Below, in pieces: positions 43,836 through 57,200 of a stretch of 64,000 bases of DNA (positions are counted from its first letter, which is position 1; every line of letters begins with the position of its first letter). The notes under the pieces are model-generated. The model was not told the DNA's origin, ran no database searches, and saw nothing but the letters and a program-made list of their open reading frames with translations. Source of the stretch: Lepidodermella squamata (lineage: Eukaryota; Animalia; Gastrotricha); contig JBLDXI010000017.1 of NCBI GenBank assembly GCA_047495785.1, forward strand, positions 806,001 through 870,000, in the 5' to 3' direction. The translations under genes were made by a program, and so were the position numbers.

Positions 43836-45978
43836 ATGTGGGTTGCGTTAATTTCTGCTGAATTGTTCATCGCGGTTCTCGTGGCTGCGTCGCTAACTGA
43901 CGATGAAGAAATGGGCTCCGCTTCAGCCGCGGCTGTCTATGAATACGATGCAGAAGAACCTGAGTGGAGAACAAGTATTTAAAACATTATGTTCAATGCT
44001 AATATCAATGCTAATTTCCTATAGCTACTGAGGAGCCAACATTTTTCCGAACCATTATGCCAATCAAGCGGGGACCAAAGTGGGGTGAGAACTATTTTCC
44101 AATTTCTCACTGATAGTTATCAGTTTTACTTGTTTCTTACTTTGTTTCCAGCTCCTCCAGAAAGTGAGCTTTACGAATGGATACGTACCAATTATTCCAA
44201 GTCATGCCGTCCACGGAAAAACGCCATGAAGCCAGTGGAGATCAGTATGTATCTTGATGTCTATGCGATCAATGACATCAAAGAACGGGACCATGCTTTG
44301 TTAATGACCGCAACCCTGAATCTTGCATGGTACGACGAATTCCTAGGTAGGTAGTCATAGGCCATTTTTGCAATTTATTACGGTTGTTTCAATGCAGTTT
44401 GGAACGAAACAAAGTTCAAAAATATTGATCTAATGGTGTTTCCAACCGACCAAATATGGGTGCCGGACTTTGCCATGGTCACTGCGGTTAGTTGAATTTA
44501 TGGTGAAAATCGTTCGCTAAGAATTGGGCGCCGTTTTAGCAAGACATGTATGAACTGAAAATGGCTCGCGGCATCAACGTCAACGTATTCGCGGATGGTT
44601 TGGTGAATTTCAACCCCAAAACAGGCTTCACCACGACATGTCAATTCGATCTGACGTAATTTCATTCTCTCCTCGAAAATTCGGAAATTCAGTGTAATTA
44701 ATACCTTCACCAAGGTTTTTCCCGTTTGATAAGCAACACTGCCGAGTTGCGTTTGAAGCTTGGACTTACCTGCCCCGAGCGACATACTTCACGCTAGTAG
44801 ACCCACCCATTACCTATGGGAAATTTATTTCTAACGAACAGTGGGAACTTACAAATAGCGCGGCTAATGCTTACATCGATTGCCCTGAAAATGCGACGGG
44901 ATCTAATTGCAACTCGGGGGTTCGATCAGAAATTATGTGGCCTTCGTTTCGATTTTAACAATTCATTTTGCAGTGCGAGTTCTTTTTCGATTTGACCCGA
45001 AAATCGAACTACTATAGTTTGAACATAATAGTTCCCGCCATGATTATCAGTGTTGCTGAAGTGGCTACCTTCGCTATTCCGGTGATTATTAACATTGAGC
45101 TTCTGCTCCTTTAACTGTGTAATTTCAGATAGGAGAACCTATGAAAGTTCACATCTCATTCACATGTTTACTGGCGTTCTCAGTATTTCAGGTATGAAGT
45201 TTACTATCAATGACACATTCCAAGCACTATTGTTTTTCCAGACTGCAATAAATGCCGATATGCCTCGAACCTCTGACCATACACGTGACCCAAGCCTTCT
45301 AAATTTTACTCCGACCTTAATGAGTATATGTTTTTAGCATTATTGTCACTCTACATCGTCCTCATCATGATCTACATCGCATTTGCAATTCTTGGCGAGT
45401 CGTTTGTTTTCTTCAGTTTGTCTCTGGCCAAGAGGAAAACGGTAAGTCATCCTTTTTCCAATCCATGTGCTGTAGCATAATTATGCGATCGTATCACCTA
45501 GCCTCTCCCTAGAGCTATCAAGGCTATTTTCGTAGCGCTAGGCAAGCTGCTCCTGATCAGCCGCGAGAAGTTGGAAGAACTCGCTGAAGATGCAAATTAC
45601 GAGTCGAGTGAATCAACAGCGTCCGAAGCTGGGAGCCCTTACATGCCAAAATCAATCAGAGCTGCCATCCAAAAAACCAGCGGTTTTAAATCGATGGAAG
45701 ACAAATACGGAATGAGTAACACAAGCGTCCCACCTGTAATCGAAAGAAATGGCTATGATAAAATGATAAATCTAGACCCATTGGACGCCCCTGCTGCTAA
45801 TCAAGAAGTGCATGCCCGTGATTGGTTCTACGTGGCACTGGTCGCATCTCGCCTGACCTGCGTTATTTACATCATCCTGCTTGGTCTCACCCCTATCATC
45901 ATGTTTGCTTTCATACCATCATCTCAGTATACGACACTATCGCAAATGGGAAACTTCTCAGTCGTACCTGCAAATTGA
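43836..45978 (+). CDS. Cys-loop ligand-gated ion channel subunit, nAChR-related orphan (copy 1)
   Basis: Signal peptide, YSKSCRP, INDIKE, IWVPDF, Cys-loop CQFDLTFFPFDKQHC, FEAWTY, RKSNYYSLNIIVP, M2 KVHISFTCLLAFSVFQ, M4 preceded by RDWFYVALVASR; many short GT-AG introns. Confidence 0.9.
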
Positions 45979-46489
45979 GCCTTAAGACATTTCGTAACTC
46001 AGCACCTAATATCGTTGCTTTATTCTTCAAGTTGATTAATCGAATTCTTGCAGAGTTTTTTAAACTAATAAAATTCATAAACAACATTCAGCAATTTTGC
46101 TAAAAATTGCGATCTCACAGTGGACGCTAGATAGATTAGGAAGTGAAGTTCTTTCGCACAGTTATTGGAAATCCTTCGATCCGGACGTTGAGTAAATATT
46201 TGATCTCACAACATGTGCGAATTCTTGCGGCTACATTCAACTGCGAGATTTGTTTTTGTTTCACCCGATGGCATGCCAGAACTCTTTACATATGTGAGGG
46301 AAAGTCTAAATTTTCCTCAGGTAATTGGCTCCTGAATATTTATGAACGCAAGTCTTCGCATAAACCGTTAGTTCTCTTTTTTACATTTTGCATGAGATTC
46401 GTGCTTTGATTTGTATCAACTTGATCTCGAACAGTTTTCCACATCACTTGATAAACTTCAATACATTCGATACCGACAGTATAGTCAGC

Positions 46490-48668
46490 ATGTTACGGTG
46501 GACAAGCCCTGTGTCACTCGTAGCCATTTGTCTTATCAAGATTACTACGACTCAGCCCTCCGAGAGCTCCTCATTCGCCGAGCCCATCGGTGGTAATTCG
46601 GCGAATTCAGATGTTGCTGATGGATGGGCAGGTGAGATTCTCCCGAGGTAATCTCCTTTACTAAATTTGAATAAATAGAGCCAACGGAGGGACCGGCGGC
46701 GGTGAGAACTTTGAAACCGAGAAAAGGTGCCTTGTGGGGTGAGCTAAGAGAAAGCCATTAAAATATGTTATTAATTGACATTTCCGTCACAGCCCCTCCC
46801 GAGGGAGAATTATACGAGTTTATTCGGCAAAATTATTCAAGTTCGTGCCGGCCACGGAAAAATGCAATGAAACCAGTTGAGATTAACATGTGGATGGATA
46901 TTTTCGCCATAAACGATATCAAAGAGAAGGACCATGCCCTTATTATGACGGCAACGCTGAACTTGGTTTGTTGCTATCAAGCAATATTACGAGAAACCAG
47001 CTTATCTTTCTTTTTACTAGGTGTGGATTGACGAGTTTCTGAGTCAGTTCGGCTTTGATTGAAATTAACTTGATTGAAACCAATTTTGATCCATTAGGGT
47101 GGAATGATACGAAGTTTAGAAACATTGATCTCATGGTATTTCCAACCGACCAAATATGGGTCCCTGATTTCGCCATGGTCACTGCGGTAAGATTGAAGTA
47201 TATAATCATGATCAGTTATACTGGACGCATTTTACAGCACGATATGTATGAGCTGAAATTGGCTAGAGGAATCAACGTCAATGTCTACAGCGATGGAACA
47301 GTTAATTTTAACCCGAAAACTGGGTTTTCAACAACGTGTCAGTTCGACTTGACGTAAATCAAGCCAAGATGGAATAACAAGTTTCAAAATATTATATTTT
47401 CAAGATATTTCCCATTTGACATCCAGCAATGCCGCATAGCCTTTGAGGCGTGGACCTATCTACCGAAAGCTACTTATTTTACATTAGCAGATCCTCCAAT
47501 TGGGTACCAAAAGTTTATACCAAATGAGCAGTGGGATCTGGCAAACAGTGCAGCTAATGCCTACATCAACTGCCCCGAAAATGCCACTGGTTCGAACTGC
47601 AACGCTGGGGTATGATATTAGCAATATCTTCAAAACTGATAATATGTTCTTGAATTATTGCTTTAGACCGAATTTTTCTTCGACCTTATCAGAAAGTCAA
47701 ACTACTACAATTTGAACATCATTATTCCAGCAGTTATCATAAGCATAGCTGAGCTATCCACTTTCACGATTCCAGTAAGATTTGAGAAATCCACCCATCG
47801 CTTCGTATATGCGCATTATTTCAGATTGGAGAGCCGATGAAGGTTCATATTTCCTTCACGTGCTTACTTGCTTTTTCAGTTTTCCAGGTTAGCCATTTCT
47901 TTACTATCCACATTATATTTGGGCTTAAAATTCACATTTTGCAGACCGCAATTAATGCCGATATGCCGAGGACCTCCGATCACACACGTGAGACTTCTGA
48001 ATTTGTCAGTAATCAGCATTCATCCTGCAACTTATTTTTAGCTTTGCTGTCTATTTATATCGTTTTAATAATGGCGTATATCGCATTTGCAATACTCGGT
48101 GAATCGTTCGTATTCTTCAGCCTCGCTCTAGCCAAGCGGAAGACGGTATTAAAAATTTATTTTACGTTACTCAATTTCATTTTTCGTTTCCCGGAAGCCC
48201 CTTCCCAACTCAATCAAATCACTTTTCATCGGTATCGGCCAATGCCTCTGCATAAGCCGAGAGAAAGTCGAGGAACTTGCTGATGAAATGCTGGATGAAA
48301 CCCATGAACCAGATGAAGACGAGGCGTCACGAAAGGAGATGCCGCGATCCATCCGCGCTGCTATCGGTAAAACAGCCGAATTCAAATCTATGGAAGATAA
48401 ATACGGACTCGGATCTGCCGCGGCACCGGGTGTCGATAAGAATGGTTATGACAACATGATTACAATGGCCTTTCCGCTCGACGCGCCGCTAATCCACCCT
48501 GACGTTCATGCTCGCGACTGGTTTTACGTCGCATTAGTTGCATCGCGTCTCACCTGTGTCGTCTATCTAGTTTTAATTGCAGTTACTCCATTAATTATGT
48601 TCCTTGCCACCCCGAGCGTTCAGCATATCAACAGGGCGCAAATGGGAAATCTTACAGTACGTCCGTGA
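46490..48668 (+). CDS. Cys-loop ligand-gated ion channel subunit, nAChR-related orphan (copy 2)
   Basis: Tandem paralogue of 43836-45978 with near-identical core peptides (CRPRKNAMKPVEI, NIDLMVFPTDQIWVPDFAMVTA, identical M2, INADMPRTSDHT) but divergent introns and N-terminus. Confidence 0.9.
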
Positions 48669-49173
48669 ATTGCGTGTTACTCCATCGTTGTGTGCCGTGG
48701 ATTCATTTGTGTGGCTCCAATAAAATCAGGAAAAACCATGTCGTGATAATGCGAACACTGGTATTCCCTTAGGGCTTTGTGCCGTTGCGTCGCTCTATAA
48801 AATATAATTTTGACAAACGAGGAAAATTGGGTTGTATATCAATCCTTCAGGCCAGTTTCAAACGGATAAAGATCTCATCCATAATTCAGACCAGGGTTAA
48901 TGACTGTCCCTGAAAATCCCTATGCAGTGAAAGTTTGGCGAATTCCGAAAGGGATAGTAATGATAACAATTAACGATGATTCATCTTGAGAAATGCATCC
49001 TCCCTCAAATTTCAAAATTCTTTTGTACGACGCGGCTGTGAATTCCCAGCCGCACGAAAGTTTGTGCAGCTGTTTTTACCGATCTAACAAAATTATTTTG
49101 TTCGCATCACTGATGTTCCTGGAATTCTGAACAATTCATTCTACAGATTCGCATGACAATTGTCATTTGAATA

Positions 49174-50721
49174 ATGATCGCCAAGGTTGTTATAACTTTA
49201 TTGGCACTAGGGAGCCATGCTGTCAGCCAAACAGGTTTGATCGCGATTTGTCTCTTTTTCCTATTATACTCTGAAAATGTTTGGTATTGAAAGTTGACAA
49301 TGGCTCGAAAGAATATCCAACAAGTAACTTTTCACAGCAAAATTTGAAGTATATAGTTCGCGTGGTCGTATCATAGGTGATAAGGATTGGGAGCTGTACA
49401 GGTCGCCCGATTCAAGCAACCAGTACTGGTATGAAAACATCGGCGAAACTGGTCTGCGTCTCTCGCTAAAGCAAATGAGATCTCGAGGAGCCATCTGGTC
49501 AAAAATGGTATCAGTTCAACTAGCTCTTTATTCCTTAAATTGCTTCATATCAATCACATCTTGACAGCCATGGAACCTGAAATACTTTCGTGTTGAACTC
49601 TCCTATATGATATGGGGTCATCGAGGGGGCAACGGTCTTGGAGTATTTTTCGCAACCAAAGACTCTATCGCAGACGCATCGAGTATCGCAGCTTCTAGTA
49701 AGTTTTTGACGATTTATGAAGTGTACCTATTAACGTAAAAATTGCCTCGAAGATCGCTTCTCATTGAACAGCTTATTCACTGGTTTCGGGATAGTCCTGG
49801 ACACTTACGACGAAACCAAGGCCAGGGTGTGTTTTGTAGCCTATTGCTGGATTGGAAAATTCTTCTTTCTTCTTAGAGCTACGATTACATGCAGCTCGTC
49901 GTAGGTAACAACACCAGTCTTGATGACGACAATAACCAGAAGGCATCAAAAATTGTGGAATGCGACTTGGGTGAAGCAGCTATTCGAGGCGATGTGAAAA
50001 CCGTGGTCGTCCAAGTCACCAAATACATCAGCGTATGACAGAAATGAAAGGACTATCTCATCCAATTTCTGCTTCTCAAAATTTCAGGCTGGGTTGATTG
50101 TTGAAACTACCGCAGCGAATGGCACCAAAGTCAGTAACATGGTTGTTTGCGTGAAGAACATTCTTCGGCCCGCCTTTCCGGAAACTACGCAACTCTACGC
50201 TGGTTTCACAGCTTCCTCTCCTAGCAAGATTGGAGACAATGCGGATATTTACAATGTTAAAATTTTCAAGCTAACACCGAAGCTGAATGAAAATGGCGAT
50301 GAGATTAAGGGCGAGATTGAGACTTCAAAGCCGGTTGTGATCGTCGATGCTTTACCTCCGCGTAAAATTGTTGGCGAGGAAGATGCAAAACCAACTGCGG
50401 ATCAGTTGAAAGGCAACCCTGCCTCGCCCACAACTACGCGTAATTTTTGAAATTCAACTTTGGCTATGTACTTCACAGTATTTTTTGAAATCAGCTGTTC
50501 CCGGGAACTGCACGGGTAACCTTGAAACCAATTGGGTCGATCATTCGCGTTGTCAGTGCAGCTGTCACCACCCACGCATAGAAGGTACCGATGGCGAAAT
50601 CTATGACACTGGTGACGAGCCAGATGGAACTTTCCCGATTCCTCTTACCGGAGAGACGACTCGCACCTGTGCCTTGGACCAGGATGCGTTCTACTTCGCA
50701 TCTTGCCGCTGCTGGTGTTAA
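49174..50721 (+). CDS. Secreted L-type (ERGIC-53/VIP36-like) lectin domain plus C-terminal Cys-rich module
   Basis: Signal peptide MIAKVVITLLALGSHAVS; motifs SRGAIWSK, FRVELSYMI, GGNGLGVFF, FTGFGIVLDTYD, LYAGFTASS. Last exon (from ~50495) encodes an 8-Cys module; no TM segment or KKxx tail. Confidence 0.72.
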
Positions 50722-51258
50722 GAGCTGTGCCATTGGAACGCCGTGTAAATAAGCTTTAATTCTAAGCTTTTAGATGAGTGCTGGTGGTGGGCTTGAGGCT
50801 CTTGCAACTTCCTTATTTACCTAACTCTTTCAGAGCAATCCTTATTAATAAAACTATTTAGCTATAGAGTTTGATCAGCTGCAGGATTCTATCTCTCAAT
50901 TATCAGAGCTGCTCTCACTTCTTTTTTAATGGCTTAACATTCCTGAAAGGCGTAACTATCTGGGAATGCAGAATGATTCATTATTCAAACACCCTTCGTA
51001 GAAGTCATATCAAGTCATCGCCACGCTTTTTATTTGATAAATCAATCAAACGGCACAACACCAAAAATAAGTTGAATCCAGCGATTAATGATTTGCTAAA
51101 ATCTTTGATTTGCATTTGGCACTGATACAATCACATAGATGAAGAAAAAATAGCGTGATATTTGATGTCATGAAAATATACGTTTTGAGTACAAAAATAA
51201 TTTGCATGATAAATTTTTGTATTATGAAGAAGGCGAAATATGAAGAATTTCTATACGG

Positions 51259-54200
51259 CTACCAATGCGCTTCGAAGAGGCGCGCAATTTTTTGCAGAAA
51301 AGACGCGTGAGATGCATAGAGTTTCATATCACTGCCGATATCAGCCCATCTTACGGCTACAGCATCGTCTCCGGCAACAAGAGGCAGCTTCCCTACAGAA
51401 GTACCCGCTTCGTCGTGGTAATTAACCGCCACAGTTTCCATCCAAGCATTATCAGTATTGCGTGGGTCATCAACGTAGCCCCTAAAACAAAAAGAAATAA
51501 TTTTCAAAAAAATATATTTGCAAATAACAGTTATATTTTTGAAGCGTTTAGATTTCTAGATATTTTAAAACACAAAGTATGGAATCTATTTATGTTTTCT
51601 TTTTCCAAATAAATTTGATTTTATTGCTGGCTTAAAAATCAATCTTCAACAAGATTGAATTGGGTTTAGTGCGGATGGCTAGTAGAATCCGCCGAGTGTG
51701 CAAGCCACGTAAACTTTAACCATCTGCGAATTTTGAATTGTGTCTAAGGTATGTATCTCTACCTTTCATTTCATGGGTTTCAGAGCGCTCACGCGTAAGC
51801 CGCGCTCTTTAAATAAGAGAAAATGAGTCATTTCATGAATTGGGTCACCTACCTGTATAATTCACGGCCATTAGAGGGCACAAAAAATTGATCGACCAGT
51901 TTTCGAATATTCTGTTTCGCCTTTTCGTCCATGTGGCCAAGCGATGCTAGTGCCTCTTCGATAAACTCCCGCTTCAGCGTAGTTCCAATCTGTTCACCCG
52001 CATCCACCATGCCACCCGGGATCGCCCACTCACCCGTGTCCCTCCTTCGAATGGCCACGAATTGAAGTATCGGCTTGCCAGATTTCGGATGCATTTGAAC
52101 GATATTTCGATCATTCCGCTTCCAGCGAGTGACGATCGGATCGCCGGCGTGGTTAGGCCCCCACCGGCCTAATCTGCCGCGACCTCGCAGCCCTGTACGG
52201 CCCATTGGGTTCAACGGGACGCCGCCCTGGTGCTCCCGCGAGTCGGTCAACTTGTACTCACCCATATGGCTCTGGCGATTAATACGACCGTCGTTGAAAT
52301 TGAATTTGAGCTTATAATTTTTATCCACCCTAATATCTGGATCAACCCAGTTACCCATCATTTCCGGATCCGTCCAATCGACAGGGTTATACTCGCGAAA
52401 TTCAACATTCCACGGAACTTTATCATCCGGAACAGGGTAGCGGGTGATTTCTTTATTTTTATAAATTGCGTAGACTCGGTTTCGAGATTTCGAGTGGATA
52501 AAGGGCGGCACCCCAGTCGACGAGCCGGACATAGGCCGGCCACCGTCTCGCGAGTTATTGGAGGACGACATGCCGTAGTGTTCCTCTAAATCGTCCGATT
52601 CGCCATCATCCGAGTACAAAACCGCTTTTCTCGAAGCGCGCTGAGACGCGCCTCGAGTCGTATGAGCCGCGTTTGGCCTCGGTGGTCTCGCGCTCGTGTT
52701 ATTCGGGTCATACGGGTCAAGCGCGTCGTAGCTCTGGCGTGACAGCGTCGATTTCGGCCGACTTCTCGCTGTTAGATCATCGCGTTGGCTATTCAGAACC
52801 AGCCCTTGAGATTCGATAGACATGTGCCTCGCATTGCTAGACCGCGGCCGTCGACGAACCGTTTGAATAATCGGCACTTGTTCGACGATTTTCACCTCGC
52901 TATCACGTCGGGTTACTTTAGAAACGTCCAATCCGGTGGTTTTGTCCTGGTTCTTGCGCCCGGGTGATTGGCCGCGTTTACGCCGCGGTGAGGCGGATTT
53001 TCGAGGGGTCACATTGCTGTCGAGAAGGTGCTTTTCGTTAGCTAAAGCTTCGGGCGACAGGTCTTGGAACATGATCACAGACGATTTTGGACGCATGGTT
53101 GTTTCGATTTTCGTTCCACTACCGTCATCATCCATTGCGAGCCATTGACCGCATTCAAATCTATAAAATTAGAACAAATAAATGAATCATTCTGAAACTT
53201 TCAATTTTATGAAAATGTAAAATTCCAGCTTAATAATTGGGAAATTAAATTCCCTATTATTTTTTGAAATTATTGAAATCCGGCAAAATGTTTTTACAAA
53301 ATTTTGAAAAATTCCTTAATTTCAAAAATCAATACCTTAATTCGTAATTAAACTAAAAAATTATGGATTTTTGAATTTATGGAATTTTCATAAATGAAAA
53401 ATAATTTTCAATTGAAAAAATAAAGACAAGTAGGTAATTACAAATTATTTTAACCTGTATTCTTCGTAGACTGGGACTCTATGAGCCGCAACTTCGATGC
53501 GTTGTTCCTTGAATTGCTCATACTCCTCAGGATCGCGGAAGCCCTTCGCGTCTTCATCATCGTCCAGCTGGCAAGCATCTATGTCGTGGTATTCATGAGC
53601 GTTAGGATTCGCTCGTTCTAAACGGGTTCGAATAACGCGCCGAAAATCGCGGGCTTCTTGAGGCGTGAAATATTTCTTGACAACAACTTTTTCCAGCAGC
53701 CAACCGGAACCGTAACCCACGTGATCATGGCCAATGCGAATTTCTCGAATCGACCCAACATTTGTAGTCTCCAGCTAAGATAGAAAAACCAAGAATTTTT
53801 TAGGCTAAATTGAACTAATTAACAACGAAGTGTCGCTATTACAAATGAGTTCGTGCATTTTTTGTGTAGGAAATTTAAATAATAATTTTTTCTAGCAATA
53901 AAATTTTTATTACCGCTTTATTTGCCTTGACAGAATTTATTTGAAATTTAACCGGGTATTTTTGAAGAAATTTTTTAAAAAATACTTACGCATATTTTGT
54001 CCTTGGTTCCTTTATCGAACCTTCCATTGTTGCCAACAGCAAACCAAATTTCATTCGACCGGCCATTCGTGCCGAAAATTTGAATAAAGATGTTAACATT
54101 CGCTCCAGCAAAACTCGACGCGCCAGTTTCGATGACAAGTTCGTAAATCGCGAGTGAATGCGTTGGTCGCGGCGATTTCCTCCGCCGCCGTGGCGTTACA

Positions 54201-57200
54201 ACAGGCTGGTTCGGGGTTTGACCCCGAGGGAATAGCTCTTTGAAAGTTTGACCATCGCCCTCGTCAACGGCTAGCCATTGATTGCATGGGAAGGTGAAAT
54301 TTTGATGGTTCTGGCTCAAATCTGTCACTTCAACCCGGTCAAGGTACCAACCAGGTGAAGCCCCGCGGTTGTCATGCTCAATCCTAATAGAAAAGAAATT
54401 AATAGATTCTCGAAATTCTCCGATTTAAATTTCATTACTTGATTTTCGCTAATTCGCCGATTTCATTGCAATCAAGCCGAAAAACATCAGTCTGGCCCTT
54501 TTCGAAAGGATCTCGATTCGAAGTTGGCGCATCGAGTGGTAACTTTCCTGAATTACCCTTCGACCCAAACAAGGTTATGTAAACTTTCGCGTCGGTTCCA
54601 GCATAATCCTTATTCCCAGTAACCACCTTAACCTCATATGCTAAAAACAAAATTCATAAAATTTTCAAAAAATTAGGATTTTAAGATTTACATTGTCTTG
54701 ACATTGGGCGGTTTGTGGCAGTTTGTGGTTGCTGTTGCTGAGATACGGGTTGCAAGTCTTTGTAAAGTTTTCTATCACCCTCATCGATAGCCAGCCATTG
54801 ATTGCAATTGAAAGTGTAAGATCTATTTTGCGTTTTGATCTCAACCTTATCCAAAAACCATCCAGCATTGTCGCCACGGTTGTCATGTTCAATTCTACAG
54901 CAGAAAATTAGGTAAAAAAATCAACAATTAATTTTTTGAAATTTCTCACCTGATTCGAGATATTTCGCCGATATCTTTACTTTCTAATCGGAAGACATCA
55001 ACCTGTCCGGTTTGAAATGGAGATTTGTAGGTAAGCGATTGCTTCAGCGGCATTTTCTCAGTCGTTCCTTTAGTGCCAACAATTGTCAGAAAAACATTAG
55101 CATCCGTTCCAGCGAAAGTTATCGTCCCTGTCGCGACCTTGACCTCGTAGGCCTGGCGCAGCGCTGAGTTGCTCTGCTGATGTGAAGGCGGTACGGCAGC
55201 GGTTGGCTGAGATGAGGGCAGGGCGGTGAGGTCGCGGTAGATTTTACCATCGCCTTCATCCGTTGCCAGCCATTGATTGCATGGGAAAGTCCAGGTGCGA
55301 TTTGAGCCTATCTCTTTCATTTCAACTCGATCCAAAAACCAACCAGGGGCCGTTCCGCGATTGTCATGCTCGATCCTAATATAGGGTATAAAAATTCCAT
55401 TTGAAGATATACAAAATTTTGAAATCAATTAATTGTTGGCAAATTTATTTTCAAATTTCATTTAAATTGGAAATTTTATTTTAGTTATCTCTCAACTTTA
55501 AAGAACTATAAAAAAATTTTTAAATTAATATACCAACCTTATTCGATTTAGGTCACCAATATCGTTGCAATCCACCTTAAAGACATCAGTTTGGCCGCTT
55601 TCAAACGGCTCTTTGTTAGTCAAGGAGCGAATGAGTGGAATCTTTTGGGTAGTCGCTTTACTGCCGGCCAGGGTGAGGAAAACAGAGGCGTCAGTTCCAG
55701 CGCCTGTGGCCTTCCCGGTGATCACCTTGACCTCAAAAGCTACAAATAAATCGACAATAATTTCAATTATGTTTAATTGAATATATAAATTACATTTTGG
55801 ACCACTTGGAGGTGCCTGGCGACCTTGAGCTGGCTGAGGCGCTTGTTGAATTGGATTCAGGTCCTTGTAAAGCTTCCGATCACCCTCATCAGCAGCGATC
55901 CATTGATTGCATGGGAAAGCCCAGGTTCGATTTCTGCCCGTATCCTTCACCTCGACTTTTTCGAGAAACCAGCCGGGAGATGCTCCCCGGTTGTCGTGTT
56001 CAATCCTTATTCGGGTCAGCTCTCCAACATCATCCGCATTTATGTTGAAAACATCGGTTTGCCCGGTTTCAAATGGGTTTCGAGTGCTCAAACTTTGCCG
56101 AAGTTGCTGCTTATCAGACGTTCCATCAACCCCGAAAAGGGTCACAAAAACGTTAGCATCAGTTCCAGCCATGTTGAGTTTCCCAGTTGTAACCCTTACT
56201 TCATAGGCTATAACAAAAACGTTTTCAGAAAAATTCTATCAATATATTTCAAATTACATTGCATGCTTTTTCGAGGTAGGGCGTGTAAGTCTTTGTAGAG
56301 CTGTTTATCGCCCTCGTCAACTGCGATCCATTGATTGCACGGGAACTGCCAAATTTTACTCGAACCCGGCGAGCCGACCTCTTTAATTTCAACTTTATCC
56401 AAATACCAGCCGGGAGACGCGCCGCGATTGTCATGCTCGATCCTTATTCGAGTTAGCTCCCCAACATTGTTCGTATTAACGCTGAAAACATCGACTTGGC
56501 CGGTTTTGAACGGCTTTTTGCCATTTACGGTGTTACGAAGGGCTAATTTTTCACTCGCTCCTTTGCGACCGAATAGCGTGACGAAAACATTCGCATCCGT
56601 GCCGGCAAAATTCACTTTGCCAGTCGTCACCGTTATTTCATAGCCTGAAAAATAATCCAATTTAATTTCGAAATTCTTGAATTTGAGTTCAGGTAAAAGG
56701 TAAAGGAAGGCTGAAATGTACGAAAAATAAGAAAGTGGGAAGTGAAGGTACTAATTTTAGGGAGTCTGGTCTTACCAGGATGTTTATGATCTTGAATTTT
56801 ACAATCAATTTTAATAAAATCAAACTTTTATGGGGCTAGAAACTCACCTTGAGACGTTTTCTGTTCAACGGGCATGACTTGATATGTTATAATGCGACAT
56901 CCCTCAGTTATCGCCAAGGCCATTTGAACGCTGAAACTCCAAGCTCTTTGCAGCTTCAGGTCTACTACGACAATTTCATCCAGAAACCACTGTTGGCCAG
57001 ATCGACCTTCGATCTGAAATTCAAACTTGATTACGAAAATCCTGGAATTTCCTAAAATAAATCACCTGTAGAAAGCATGATTTGATTTCGCCGAGATTTT
57101 TTAATGGAAGAAAGAAAATTTCAGTTGTTTCCGAAAAGAAATGAAACGGCTTTGATGAAGGACCGCGCCGAAGATCTGCAAAATTTGCCGTGCCTTCCGA

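Noticed and set aside
51625-51810. Intronic stems and an 11-mer (TGAAACCCATG) shared with the U3 upstream region; considered an SL RNA/snRNA gene
   Set aside because: One 11-mer match is expected by chance at this window size; the Sm site and donor are weak.
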